This document shows positions 23,549 through 37,014 of a stretch of DNA of 64,000 bases, one piece after another (position 1 is the stretch's first letter; every line of letters starts with the position of its first letter). The translations under genes were made by a program, and so were the position numbers. This stretch comes from Octopus sinensis. Lineage: Eukaryota. The stretch is from positions 9,362,001 through 9,426,000 of the forward strand of contig NC_043020.1 of NCBI RefSeq assembly GCF_006345805.1, read 5' to 3'. The notes beneath the pieces were generated by a model. It was not told the DNA's origin, did no database searches, and was given only the letters and a program-made list of their open reading frames with translations.

Positions 23549-26500
23549 CAACCATATGATAGGGATGTAAACAAACCAACACTGGTTGTCAAGTGGTGGT
23601 GGGGCAAACAAATAGAAAGATACACACACACACATATAAATCCTGCAGGGTAGTGCTCCATCGTGGACACAGTCAACTGAACCTAGTAAAATATACCTGT
23701 ATGTTGTGTGTGTATAGTGGTGGCTCGTGTATAGGAACTGTGGAACTGCAGCAACTCTGTAGACGTTTTTGACCAACAGGATGAAAGCTTTTTCATCACT
23801 AGGATTCTAGCACTGCAACACTGATGGAAGAAGTGGGTGAACTATGTTGAAAAATAAACCTCATTTGGTCACATTCCAAGAGAAAATCTTGGTTAGCCTA
23901 TGTACGACGTAGCTTGAATCTTTTACATATGCCACCAGTGCGGGTGCCAGTAAGGCGATCACACTCGAATGGTGTTTCTTACGTGCCACCGGCATGGAGG
24001 CCAGATAGCCGCTCTGGCAACGATCACGCTCGGATGGTGCTCTTACTATCCTACTAGCACGGGGCTCGAGTGCCAGTAGTGTGACACTAACAAATACCCA
24101 CTTTGAAACCTGCCATTATTTATTAATTAATTGGATCCCTATGTATTTTTTCAATTTTCATTGCTTTCCAACCACATGCTTCTGGGTTCAGTTCTCACTA
24201 CATGGCACTTTGGACAAGTGTCTTCTACTACAACAGTGCTTTATAAATAGATGGGTAGATGGAAGTGCCGCCTCGACTGGCTTCCATGCAGGTCGCACAT
24301 AAAATGCACCAATCCGACCGTGGCCGATGCCAGCCTCGCCTGGCTCCAGTGCAGGTGGCACGTAAAAAGCACCCACTACACTCACGGAGTGGTTGTCGTT
24401 AGGAAGGGCATCCAGCTGTAGAAACACTGCTAGATAAGACCGGAGCCTGGTGCAGCCTTCTGGCTTCCCAGATCCCCGGTCAAACCGTCTAACCCATGCT
24501 AGCATGGAGAACGGACGTTAAACGATGATGATGATGATGATGACCATCGACATCCTGAACATATTTATTTAGTGACATTCAAGTTGAATTTTAAAATTTA
24601 CAGCCAACCCTGCACATTTTCAGAACACCCTCTTCTACTGTTGATTAACTTACCTCAGTTACAGAAAATATCAACAATTTTGAACATTGCAAACAATTTA
24701 TTTAACAGGTGCTCTGATCACTAACTACCTCTTTGTTCAGTTAGTAGCATGTCTTTGATTCCACAACTTCTGTGCACCAAATAGATCAGAGTAAACTCTT
24801 TACTCTTTTACTTGTTTCAGTCATTTGACTGCGGCCATGCTGGAGCACCGCATTTAGTCGAGCAAATCGACCCCGGGAATTATTCTTTGTAAGCCCAGTA
24901 CTTATTCTATCGGTCTCTTTTGCCAAACCGCTAAGTGACGGGGATGTAAACACACCAGCATCGAATACCTGCCAAGAAGGTACCACCATTTACCTGATAT
25001 TAGAATGCTGACTGCATCTCTCACTGTTTTTAACTTACAGATCTTTATGAGCAAAGGCAGGTTTATTCACCAAAATTATTTCTTCAATCATATATTTAAT
25101 GTCAGTTTTCCTCATACTACAATGGATTGGACAGATGCTTTTCCTGACAACACTTACCTGTGCCGGTGGCACATAAAAAGCACCCACTACACTCTCGGAG
25201 TGGTTGGCGTTAGGAAGTTGCATCCAGCTGTAGAAACTCTACCAAATCAAGCTTGGAGCCTGGTGCAGCCATCTGGTTCCCCAGTCAAAATCGTCCGACC
25301 CATGCTAGCATGGAAAACGGATGTTAAACGATGATGATGTTTCAAGTAAAAGACTTTTTTTTTTAATACCAGGTCTTTGAAATCACAGAGCAACCAGCCA
25401 AAATGGTCTCTCACAGACTTTCTGCAGTTTGTCAACTAAATTCAAGCACAATACATTAGTTGACCCTTGGAGAAAAAAAAAAAAAAACTTACCCAAGGTG
25501 CTGCATTCTAGGATGAAATCCAAAATATATGGTTGCAAACTTCTTAACCAAATATCCAGGTCTGTATCTATGTTAGTATGTTGATCAAATTAGACATTCA
25601 TCATCATCATCGTTTAACGTCCGGTTTCCATGCTAGCATGGGTTGGACGTATGACTGAGGGCTGGCGAACCAGATGGCTGCACCAGGCTTCAATCTTGAT
25701 CTGGCAGAGTTTCTACAGCTGGATGCCCTTCCTAACGCCAACCACTCCGAGAGTGTAGTGGGTGCTTTTACGTTCCACTGGCATGGGGCCAGTCAGGCGA
25801 CACTGGCAACGACCAAGCTTGAATCTTTTACATATGCCACCAGTGCGGGTAACGATCACGCTCGAATGGCGTTTCTTACGTGCCACCGGCATGGAGGCCA
25901 GATAGCCGCTCCGGCAACGATCACGCTCGGATGGTGTTTCTTATGTGCCACCGGCATGGAGGCCAGATAGCCGCTCTGGCAACGATCACGCTCGGATGGT
26001 GCTCTTAATATCCTACTAGCACGGGGCTCGAGTGCCAGTAGTGTGACACTAACAAATACCCACCTTGAAACCTGCCCTTATTTATTAATTAATTGGATCC
26101 CTATGTATTTTTTCAATTTTCATTGAGACCATCGACATCCGGAACATATTTATTTTGTGACATTCAAGTTGAATTTTTATCCGTTTGTGTCCGTTGCCAG
26201 CCTCGCCTGGCCCCCGTGCCGGTAGCACGTAAAAGCACCATCCGTTCGTGGCTGTTTGCCAGCTCTGTCTGGCACCTGTGCAGGTGGCACGTAAAAAGCA
26301 CCCACTACACTCACGGAGTGGTTGGCGTTAGGAAGGGCATCCAGCCGTAGAAACACTGCCAAATCTGACTGGGCCTGATGAAGCCTTCTGGCTTCACAGA
26401 CCCCAGTTAAACCGTCCAACCCATGCTAGCATGGAAAACGGATGCTAAACGATGATGATGATGATGATGACAGCATCACCATATGGCACAACCTTAATCC

Positions 26501-26744
26501 CTGATATAGTTTTAATATTGGGGCTATGACCGCCCCCTGGTGGAAGTTGATAAATTATAGAGGGAATTATATTAACAAAGTGAATACAAATACTTTAATT
26601 TCTTTAGTATTTAAACCGGCCAAAGTATTTAATCTGTTTTATGTTCAAACTGACCAGATCCAGGCTCTCACACCTACCCTACAATGTTATTCTACATTAA
26701 GTAATTACACCATCAAGATCTTGAAGATACGAGATACTCTTTCT

Positions 26745-27128
26745 CTCTTTTACTTGTTTCATTCATTTGACTGCGGCCATGCTGGAGCACTGCCTTTAAT
26801 CGAGCAACTCGACCCCGGGACTTATTCTTTTGTAAGCCCAGTACTTATTCTATCAGTCTCTTTTGCCGAACCGCTAAGTAACGGGAACATAAACACACCA
26901 GCATCGGTTGTCAAGCAATGCTAGGGGGACAAACACAGACACACACACGCATATATATACATATATACGACGGGCTTCTTTCAGTTTCCATCTACCAAAT
27001 CCATTCACAAGGCTTTGGTCGGCCCGAGGCTATAGTAGATGACACTCTGCCAAGGTGCCGCGTAGTAGGACTGAACCCAGAACCATGTGGTTGGTTAGCA
27101 AGCTACTTACCACATAGCCACCCCTGCG

Positions 27129-27130
<2 letters not shown>
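26745..27130 (-). mobile_element. SINE family B
   Basis: Reverse-complement family-B consensus. Confidence 0.8.
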
Positions 27131-27185
<55 letters not shown>

Positions 27186-27559
27186 CAAATTGACAGAAAA
27201 CAAAAGACAAAGACAGGTGAGGTACCAACAAGTACTAAATCCACTCATAAGGCTTTGGTCGGCCCGAGGCTATAGTAGATGACACTTGCCCTAGGTGCCA
27301 CGCAGTGGGACTGAACCCGGAACTACTTACCACACAGCCACTCCTGCGCCTGATTATGTATTATTAATTCAAATCAATGGGAATCAATAAGTATTACGTT
27401 TGATAGAATAATCTGAACACTAAAGGGTTAAATACCAGGAGATTTGGGTACATATTTTTCAGGATAAGACAGCTATGATTCTTAATTATCCTAAATTGCA
27501 TTATTCTTTAAAATAGAATTTAACATGAATATTATATTGGAATAAGGTGCATCAAAATA

Positions 27560-28140
27560 GGCGCAGGAGTGGCTGTGTGGTAAGTAGCTTGCTAAACAAC
27601 GACATGGTTCCAGGTTCAGACCCACTGCATGGCATCTTGGGCAAGTGTCTTCTGCTATAGCCCCGGGCCGACCAATGCCTTGTGAGTGGATTTGGTAGAC
27701 GGAAACTGAAAGAAGCCTATATAGGTGCAGGAGTGGCTGTGTGGTAAGTAGCTTGATTACCAACCACATGGTTCCGGGTTCAGTCCCACTGCGTGGCATC
27801 TTGGGCAAGTGTCTTCTGCTATAGCCCCGGGCCAACCAATGCCTTGTGAGTGGATTTGGTAGACGGAAACTGAAAGAAGCCCGTCGTATATATGTATATA
27901 TATATATATATGTGTGTGTGTGTATGTGTTTGTGTTTCTGTGTTTGTCCCCCTAGCATTGCTTGACAACCGATGCTGGTGTGTTTACGTCCCCGTCAACT
28001 AGCGGTTCGGCAAAAGTGACCGATAGAATAAGTACTGGGCTTACAAAGAATAAGTCCCGGGGTCGATTTGCTCGACTAAAGGCGGTGCTCCAGCATGGCC
28101 GCAGTCAAATGACTGAAACAAGTAAAAGAGTAAAGAGAGT
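27560..28140 (+). mobile_element. SINE family B with duplicated head
   Basis: Two consecutive GCAGGAGTGGCTGTGTGGTAAG heads (about 27560 and 27722) followed by one body. Confidence 0.8.
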
Positions 28141-28194
28141 AAAATGTTTAATTTTCATTCAAATTTTCCTCAATTTCATTAAAATTTGGATACT

Positions 28195-28595
28195 CTCTCT
28201 TTTACTCTTTTACTTGTTTCAATCATTTGACTGCGGCCATGCTGGAGCACCACCTTTAGTCGAGCAAATCGACCCCGGGACTTATTCTTTTGTAAGCCCA
28301 GTACTTATTCTATCGGTCTCTTTTGCCGAACCGCTAAGTGACGGGGATGTAAACACACCAGCATCGGTTGTCAAGCAATGTTAGGGGGACAAAGACAGAC
28401 ACACAAACACACACACACATACATACATATATATGATGGGCTTCTTTCAGTTTCCGTCTACCAAATCCACTCACAAGGCATTGGTCGGCCCAAGGCCATA
28501 GCAGAAGACACTTGCCCAAGATGCCAGGCAGTGGGACTGAACCCGGAACCATGTGGTTGGTAGGCAAGCTGCTTACCACGCAGCCACTCCTGTGC
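28195..28595 (-). mobile_element. SINE family B, tail-to-tail with the preceding copy
   Basis: Reverse-complement family-B consensus. Confidence 0.8.
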
Positions 28596-28985
28596 CTATT
28601 TATTTTTTTTTTTTTTTTACCTCAATCAGAAGTGACAGGGGCTAAATGTGTTAGCTTTATTCATGTTGAAAAAAAAAATATTGTTAGTGAATGGGCAAAA
28701 CCCAAAATGAATCAGATTGCAAAGAATGGGACAACTAAAGTAAGTTTCATAAAACTTTATCAAAAGCAATTGACAAATCAAAAAATGAGCAATTTGACCC
28801 CTCTAAAACACAATTCATTTTCATAACTCTGAATCAATCAATAACCAATGGAATACATGTAATAAACCAATAATTGTTAATACCACAAATCACAAAAATA
28901 AAATTTAAATTAGGCTCTATTCCATGTCTTAGGGGCAGGGAAAAACATTTCGATTCTAAGCTCACATTTTTGGAAATATGTTTTA

Positions 28986-29355
28986 CTAGCAGTATCGCCC
29001 GGTGTTGCTCTGGTTTGTTTCGACCCTTTAGAATTGGAATTTTTAAAAAGTAAAAATTTTGCATTATGCAGCTTGTTATTCTCTTTAAGTGAACAGTTTT
29101 CTGGTTGAAATACACTGATAAATGGCGATACAGCAGTCAAAAAATCGTAAAAAATAGGGATTTTCATAGAAAAAAAGCACCATTTTGATGTAAATAATTT
29201 TTGTTGTTAACATGGTCCGATTTGAATTTTTTTCTTCTACAGAAGGAAGAGCAAGCCTTCTTCTACCATACTCTCAATTTTGGTCAACTTGCGCCGCAGG
29301 GTCTTGGAGGAGATAGTGTTAGTTGAAGGCTACCAAACCTGCCATACACAGACAA
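28986..29355 (-). mobile_element. Helitron 3' portion abutting the ZNF-2 stop codon
   Basis: Terminus ...GCAACACCGGGCGATACTGCTAG|T on the minus strand; no 5' TC terminus seen, sequence runs into the ZNF ORF end. Confidence 0.7.
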
Positions 29356-29358
29356 ACA

Positions 29359-31014
29359 TTACAGTGATGTTTTTTTCACAGTATGAATACGTTTGTGAAC
29401 AGATAACGTGCTTCTGTATGAGAACGGTTTACCACAGATATCACAGTGATACGGTTTTTCCCCAGTATGAATACGTTTATGAACAGTTAATGCACTTCCA
29501 TCGGTGAAAGATTTACCACAGATATCGCAGGGATAGGGTTTCTCTCCCGTATGCACGCGTCTTTTGTGTAATGTCAACTGGCATGTTTGAGTGAAAGACT
29601 TTCCACAGATATTGCAGTGATATGGTTTTTCTCCTGAATGAATACGTTTGTGAACGGTTAACGTGCTTCCGTCAGTGAAAGATTTACTGCAGATATCGCA
29701 GTGATAAGGTTTTTCCCCTGTGTGAATACGTTTGTGAGAAGTTAACGTACTTCCATCGGAAAATGATTTACCGCAGATATCACAGCGATACGGCTTTTCC
29801 CCTGTGTGAATACGCTTATGTTTAGTCAAAGAACTTCCATCATTGAATGATTTACCACAGATATCACAGTGACATACCTTCTCTCCGGTATGAGTGTATA
29901 TATGTTTAGTCAAAAGATAAGCTTCAGAAAATGATTTACCACAGATGTTACAGTGACACGGCTTCTCACCTGTATCAAAACATATGTGCCTAATTAAGCT
30001 AGACCGTTGAGAGAATGATTTACCACAGGTATCGCAATAGTATGGTTTCTCACCTGTATGAATACGTTTGTGTTTAGTTAGTGTACTTCCATCAATGAAT
30101 GATTTGCCACAGGTATTACAGTGATATGGCTTCTCACCTGTATGAATAAGTTTTTTGTGAGATGTTACCTCACTTCCATTACTGAAAGATTTACCACAGA
30201 TATCGCACTGATATGGTTTCTCACCTGTATGAATGCGTTTGTGGGAATGTAAATGAACTTTTTGAAAGAATGACTTTCCACAGATATCACAGTGATATGA
30301 CTTCTCACCTGTATGAATGTTTTTGTGTTTAGTCAAATTACCTCTTTCAGAGAACGACTCACCACAAATACTACACTCATACGGTTTCTCACCTGTATGA
30401 ATACGAATGTGACTCGTTAAGCCATTCGTCTGCGAGAACGATTTACCACAGATATCACAGTGATATGGTTTTTCACCTGTATGAATACGTTTGTGACCAG
30501 TTAAGTGGCCTCTCAGAGAGAATGATTTACCACAGGTATCACATTTGTAGGGCTTTACCCCGGTATGGATGTGCTTGTGAGTAATTAAGGTATGTTTGCG
30601 CAAGAATGATTTACCACAGATATCACAGTTGTGTGGTTTCTCCCCTGTATGCATATGTCTATGTTCGGTAAAGTTTCGTCTCAAAGTGAACGATTTACCA
30701 CAGATATCACATTCATACGGGGTCTCTCCAGTATGAATGCGTTTGTGAGTAGTTAGCGTTCTCAACCGAGGGAATGATTTACCACAGACATCACAGATAT
30801 GAGGTTTCTCCCCTGTATGCGTATATCCGTGTTCGGTGAAGTTTCTTTTTATGGTGAATGATTTACCACAGATATCACAGTTGTATGGTTTCTCTTCTGC
30901 GTGAATACGTTTATGATTTGTGAGGCTGCTTTTTAGAGAGAACGTCTTTTCACAGATATCACAATGATACGACGATTTTCCTACCTTCTTTGGCAATTCT
31001 TCAGGAGAATCCAT
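29359..31014 (-). CDS. Tandem C2H2 zinc-finger protein (ZNF-2, 551 aa, 19 fingers), probably 3'-truncated
   Basis: C2H2 repeats with TGEKP linkers; N-terminus [12 protein letters not shown] paralogous to ZNF-1 and ZNF-3; ends abruptly HTVKKTSL*. Confidence 0.92.
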   Translation of the reverse strand: MDSPEELPKKVGKSSYHCDICEKTFSLKSSLTNHKRIHAEEKPYNCDICGKSFTIKRNFTEHGYTHTGEKPHICDVCGKSFPRLRTLTTHKRIHTGETPYECDICGKSFTLRRNFTEHRHMHTGEKPHNCDICGKSFLRKHTLITHKHIHTGVKPYKCDTCGKSFSLRGHLTGHKRIHTGEKPYHCDICGKSFSQTNGLTSHIRIHTGEKPYECSICGESFSERGNLTKHKNIHTGEKSYHCDICGKSFFQKVHLHSHKRIHTGEKPYQCDICGKSFSNGSEVTSHKKLIHTGEKPYHCNTCGKSFIDGSTLTKHKRIHTGEKPYYCDTCGKSFSQRSSLIRHICFDTGEKPCHCNICGKSFSEAYLLTKHIYTHTGEKVCHCDICGKSFNDGSSLTKHKRIHTGEKPYRCDICGKSFSDGSTLTSHKRIHTGEKPYHCDICSKSFTDGSTLTVHKRIHSGEKPYHCNICGKSFTQTCQLTLHKRRVHTGEKPYPCDICGKSFTDGSALTVHKRIHTGEKPYHCDICGKPFSYRSTLSVHKRIHTVKKTSL

Positions 31015-31500
31015 TCGTCTCTAAATTTTTTTTCCACACAACAGTTATATTGGTATTTCACCCTCTATCTATTTATTACTGCTCCAATGAAAACCCTTCC
31101 ATTGCACTGTTTCCATTAACTTTTAATCTCTGTTGGAATCAGAAAACAGTAGTAAACTATTTTCTAAATCTGTCCAAATTTAACTGGAATACAAAATCTT
31201 CCCATTGACTTTCTACAGAAATGAAGAGCAATGTTCCAGTCGGAAGAACTAACTCTCAGTAACTTAGAGTTAAATTTAATAGAGAGAAAGTTTTAGCGCC
31301 TCTGTATAATATCTTCCTTTTGTCTGTGAATGATGATAAATATACTGATAATATATCTTCAATGCCAATGCCATCTCATATTCTGAAATGATAGAGAAAC
31401 AAAGTAAGATAATGTAAGAATTTTTAAAAAATAGCAATTCAACAGACAAATTTTTCAACAATTCTATATGATAAACTATATTCTATATTGATATATATAT

Positions 31501-31732
31501 AAGGCGGCGAGCTGGCAGAAACGTTAGTGCGCAGGGCGAAATGCTTAGCGGTATTTCGTCTGTCGTTACGTTCTGAGTTCGAATTCCGCCGAGGTTGACT
31601 TTGTCTTTCATCCTTTCGGGGTCGATAAATAAAGTACCAGTTTCGCACTGGGGTCGATGTAATCGACTTAATCCCTTTGTCTGTCCTTGTTTGTCGCCTC
31701 TATGTTTAGCCCCTTGTGGGTAGTAAAGAAAT
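31501..31732 (+). mobile_element. SINE family A monomer
   Basis: GGCGGCGAGCTGGCAGAAACG...GTGGGTAGTAAAGAAATA; TATTCTATATTGATA on both flanks. Confidence 0.85.
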
Positions 31733-33859
31733 ATATATTCTATATTGATAAACTATAAATTTTTACTTCAACATGCACATTTTAATTTGTTGTTCAAATT
31801 TTTCTTTATGGTTAATTTGTTATTTAAATTACATAAAAAACAAAATTGTGTGAAATTTCCGCATTTATAGTATACATCTAAACCTTCGGATTGTGAACCA
31901 TTACACATATTACAATAAACAATAATTACTATACGTGGCTGTGTGGTAAGTAGCTTGCTTACCAACCACATGGTTCTGGGTTCAGTCCCACTGCGTGGCA
32001 CCTTGGGCAAGTGTCTTCTACTTTAGCCTCGGGCCGACCAAAGCCTTGTGAGTGGATTTGGTAGACAGAAACTGAAAGAAGCCCGTCGTATATATGTATA
32101 TATATGTACGTGTGTGTGTGTGTGTGTGTGTGTTTGTCCCCTCACCATCGCTAGACAACCGATGCTGCTGTGTTTACGTGCCTGTAACTTAGCGGTTCAG
32201 CAAAAGAGACCAATAGAATAAGTACTGGGCTTACAAAGAATAAGTCCTGGGGTCGATTTGCTCAACTAAAGGCGGTGCTCCAGCATGGCCGCAGTCAAGT
32301 GACTGAAACAAGTAAAAGAGTATCATATCTGGACTAGTATCTTCGACTGTTGTATTTTCAGGGCTTCTTCAGCTGCCTCTGATATCCAGTAATGTTCCCA
32401 GAATTTGGAACTGAACCCTTTATTAAAACTGCCCAGGGTACATCATTCTCATTTCACTGTGCATACCAAGATATCCTTCTCATTAGTTATTCAATTACTT
32501 GTTAAATAAAAAATGGTTAAATGGCAATGATGATGATGATGATGATGACGATGATAATGACAATTTCACTCAAGGTCAATGACATTATTTTCCCAATAAT
32601 TTTGAAGACTGAATGATGACAAGGTGTGTGATAGAGGAGAGCAAATCTTCAATAATTTTGACTGTACAGAATATGTAATACTGCTCACTGAGAAAGGTAA
32701 AGATAACTGGTTTCAAATTTTAGCACAAGGCCAGCAATTTCAGGGAAGAAGCCCCTTGTATATATGTATATATATGTACGTGTGTGTGTGTGTGTGTTTG
32801 TCCCCCCCACCATCGCTAGACAACCAATGCTGGTGTGTTTACGTGCCTGTAACTTAGCGGTTCAGCAAAAGAGACCGATAGAATAAGTACTAGGCTTACA
32901 AAGAATAAGTCCTGGGGTCAATTTGCTCAACACCTAAAGCTTCACAAGGCTCCTGCAGGGGGGGGGGGACCCTGCTGTACTCTTTCACCACAACTTTCTC
33001 TCACTCTTTCTTCCTGTTTCTGTTGTACCTGTATTTCAAAGGGCCAGCCTTGTCACACTCTGTGTCACGCTGAATCTCCTCGAGAACTACGTTAAGGGCA
33101 CACGTGTCTGTTGGTTACATCAACCCTAGTGCACAACTGGTATTTATTTTAATGACCCCAAAGAGATGAAAGGCAAAGTCAACCTTGGCAGAATTTGAAC
33201 TCAGAACATAAAGCCAGATGAAATGCTCCTAAGTATTTTGCCCAGTGTGCTAACAATGTTGCCACTTAATGGTTTAAAGAATTTGGTTGTTTACAACTGT
33301 TTCCATCATCTTTGAGATGTAGATGTGATGCCACTAATTTGTTACACTTCAAGCAGAGTACACCCTACACCCACCCACCCACTACACTCTTGAAATGGTT
33401 GGCATGAGGAAGGACATCCAGCCATAGAAACCATGCTACATCAGACTGGAACCCGGTGCAGTTCCCCCACCTTACAAGTTTTCAGTCAAACCCATGCCAG
33501 CAAGAAAAACGGACGTTAAATGATTATGCTGATAATATATCTTACACTGGGATCGAACTCCCTCTTACAACATAAAGTATTAAACTCAACACATAGGCGC
33601 AGGAGTGGCTGTGTGGTAAGTAGCTTGCTAACCAGCCACATGTTTCTGGGTTCAGTCCCACTGCGTGGCATCTTGGGCAAGTGTCTTCTGCTATAGCCCC
33701 GGGCTATAACACATAAACACATTGTATCAGTATACGAAGTTTAAAATTTTTTAGTTACCTAGAAACTATGTTAAAAAACAGCCGTTCAAACCGAAAAGAT
33801 CCCAATTCTATTATTTACATACATTATTACAGCATTAAAACAAACGTTTATCAACTTAC

Positions 33860-34075
33860 CGTTTTCGGATGCAATCAGTGAATGAATGCGATATGTGTTT
33901 TCACCAAACTCCCAAAGTAAATATCTGGTTGTTAGATCGAGATTTACCAATGTTTTATCAACTTTATTCTACAGCAACGTTCGGGCACCGACCAATTCGT
34001 TCGGCAATAAAATTCTAACTTACAATTAGGAACAAGTGAAGCTGACTTTACGTCTCCAGCCGTACTTTCGATGTC
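33860..34075 (-). other. Putative non-coding first exon of ZNF-2
   Basis: AAAACG|GTAAGT donor at 33860/33859; homologous to the ZNF-1 and ZNF-3 first exons. Confidence 0.65.
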
Positions 34076-34139
34076 GCATTAAACCTCAATGGTAGTAGTG
34101 TCCCTTCGTAGAGGTTGCGAGCTCATAAGGAGGCGGCGC

Positions 34140-34564
34140 GGCAATCTTTCGTCTCTAGTAGACCTTTCCGTCGATTTCCGTAAAAAAATTTTTTTTTTTT
34201 TTTTACATATGGGCTTGCGGGAACTTTTGAAGTAATGAGAGCGAAAGAGACTAAGAGAAAGCGATTGTATGACGAGGGAAGTTCTTTTGAAGTTACCGTG
34301 CATGGCAAGCATTGATGTACATGTGTGTGTGTGTGTTTGATGGGGTGTGGGAGACAGACAGTATGTTGTGTAAGTGAAGTGGTTCTGTTAGTGTGTGTGA
34401 AGAGACAGAGTAATGTGTGAAAGAGAGAGATAACTGAAATTTTTTACTCGGTGTATGTGTATATGTATGTATATTACTTCAAAAGTTCCCGCAAGCCCAT
34501 ATGTAAAAAAAAAAAATTTTTTACGGAAATCGACGGAAAGGTCTACTAGAGACGAAAGATCGCC
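34140..34564. mobile_element. MITE family A (Merlin-like)
   Basis: TIRs as above; flanks GGCGGCGC / GGAGGCGC (7 of 8 TSD match). Confidence 0.8.
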
Positions 34565-34715
34565 GGAGGCGCTGGGTGTTTCTAAATGAGATGTGAGAAT
34601 TCCTCGGAATAAAATATTGAAACCCGACGCAATACATAAATTTTAAAGACATTTTGAGGAAGATATCTTAATCTTTAGAATATGAATAAGGCATCGCGCT
34701 ATTAGTGGGTGAAAA

Positions 34716-35115
34716 TCTTTATATATAAAAGTGAAGTTGTGTGTCTGTCTCCTACGATTTAGATTCCTAACTACTCCCACATTTTGCGGTGCAGTTTAAC
34801 CAAAACCGGGTATCTTATAGTCGTGATTCATATCGAGCCCTTCTGGGTATTAGCGCGCGTCTACGATGAGTCTACGATTTAAAAAATAATTTACCATCAT
34901 TTTTTTCCCATTTTAATGCATTTTTTTCGCTATTATATAAGGGAAGTAACTCTCTAAAAATGTCTACGATGAGTCAACGATTTAAAAAAAAATTTACCAT
35001 CATTTTTTTCCATTTTTAATGCATTTTTTTGCTATGTTTTTGGCTATAACTCTCTAAAAATGCTTATATAGTTATTTCCCTTACAAACCCGAGCAACGCC
35101 GGGCGATACTGCTAG
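34716..35115 (+). mobile_element. Non-autonomous Helitron
   Basis: A|TCTTTATATATAAAAG...CCCGAGCAACGCCGGG hairpin...CTAG|T. Confidence 0.88.
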
Positions 35116-35414
35116 TATGTATATAAGAAGAAAATGGAGATTAAGAAGTTAATAATTCTTTATTCTTAACAGCAGATTGGTCGTCTTCACTTACGACCGT
35201 TTCTATTAATACTCGATAAACATTAAATCTATATGTTATGCAACATGAGCATAATATTATTAGAGGGAAAAGGATGTTCCTTTGGAGACTATATATGTGT
35301 GTTTATGAATTCATTTTAGCTGACTTTATATATATGTATATAATTTTTGTCAAAGACCTATAATCCTTTAAAGGAATGCTAGCATCCTAGTTCTCCGGTT
35401 TATTCCAGTGTGGA

Positions 35415-35800
35415 TGTGGAAGCACTCCGTCGGTTACGACGATGAGGGTTCCGGTTGATCCGAATCAACGGAACAGCCTGCTCGTGAAATTAACGTGTAA
35501 GTGGCTGAGCAATCCACAGACAAGTGTACCCTTAACGCAGTTCTCGGGGATATTCAGCGTGACACAGAGAGTGACAAGGCCGGCCCTTTGAAATACAGGT
35601 ACAACAGAAACAGGAAGTAAGAGTGAGAGAAAGTTGTGGTGAAAGAGTACAGCAGGGATCACCACCATCCCCTGCCGGAGCCTCGTGGAGCTTTAGGTGT
35701 TTTCGCTCAATAAACACTCACAACGCCCGGTCTGGGAATCGAAACCGCGATCCTATGACCGCGAGTCCGCTGCCCTAACCACTGGGCCATTGCGCCTCCA
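35415..35800 (-). mobile_element. SINE family C, full length
   Basis: Head GGAGGCGCAATGGCCCAGTGGTTAGGGCAGCGGACTCGCGGTCATAGGATCGCGGTTTCGATTCCC with A and B boxes. Confidence 0.85.
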
Positions 35801-36231
35801 CTTATTCCAGTGTAAGGGTAATTTGGTTGGAACCTTATAGAAACTCTTCTCTAAATACCTTACAAAGGAAAATAGATATAGTGATATCATTATTCAGTGT
35901 CTAATAATTTATGCCAGATTATATCTTCAATTAGCGAAAGGAAATTAATCTAATTTGTATAATAACTGTAATCGTAGTAAACGCCATAACAGTAATATTA
36001 ATAAAAACGTTATCAGTGAAAGTAAATTTGAAAAGTCTAGTGGACAAGGGGAAACAATCCATGTCAAATCCCATTTCAACTTCTTGAATGGAGATAAAAT
36101 GTCAAATAGCAATTATACTGAATGTAATGATATGAAACAGAGTAATAATACGAGTACTAATGAAAATACTTTTTGTGATTGCAGGGTTAGAAGTGAATGT
36201 TTATTGTAAAAGTATGCTGTTTACAGGTGTA

Positions 36232-36434
36232 TACTCTTTTACTTGTTTCAGTCATTTGACTGCGGCCATGCTGGAGCACCGCCTTTTAGTCGAGCAAATC
36301 GACCCCGGGACTTATTATTTTGTAAGCCCAGTACTTATTCTATCGGTCTCTTTTGCCGAACCGCTAAGTAACGGGGACATAAACACACCAGCATCGGTTG
36401 TCAAGCAATGCTAGGGGGACAAACACACACACAT

Positions 36435-36475
<41 letters not shown>

Positions 36476-36640
36476 TACGACAGGTTTCTTTCAGTTTCCG
36501 TCTACCAAATCCACTCAAAAGGCTTTGGTTGGCCCGAGGCTATAGTAGAAGACACTTGCCCAAGGTGCCATGCAGTGGGACTGAACCCGGAACCATGTGG
36601 TTGGTAAACAAGCAACTTACCACACAGCCACTCCTGCGCC
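36232..36640 (-). mobile_element. SINE family B
   Basis: Reverse-complement family-B consensus. Confidence 0.8.
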
Positions 36641-37014
36641 GTATGGTGGTATTTAAAGGTAAAAATGTCTTCTACCATAGGGGCTACGTAGAATTTTGTT
36701 AAGAAACACGTCTCTAACCATATATACATCTTTAATAATCGGAACAGGTCTTCTGTCAGCCTCAGCAAATTATTTGGGACTTGAAAGAGAAGAAAAAAAA
36801 ATTTAGATGGTTTACCATCTTAATGTGTTGTTATGAAGGAGAGAATAAAGTTCTAGCTACTGTGACAATAAACTGCTCAATATAATTATAGTTTGGTGGG
36901 CAATCATCTGCAGCAGATGACAGAACTTATTTGATAAATATAATTTTAAATGGTACTATTTGAAATACTGTTCTCGAGTTCTACAAAAGAAAATGAATCA
37001 TGGATCTATAATTA

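Noticed and set aside
35720-35800. tRNA-like heads of SINE families B and C as tRNA genes
   Set aside because: They continue into SINE bodies and lack a complete acceptor stem.
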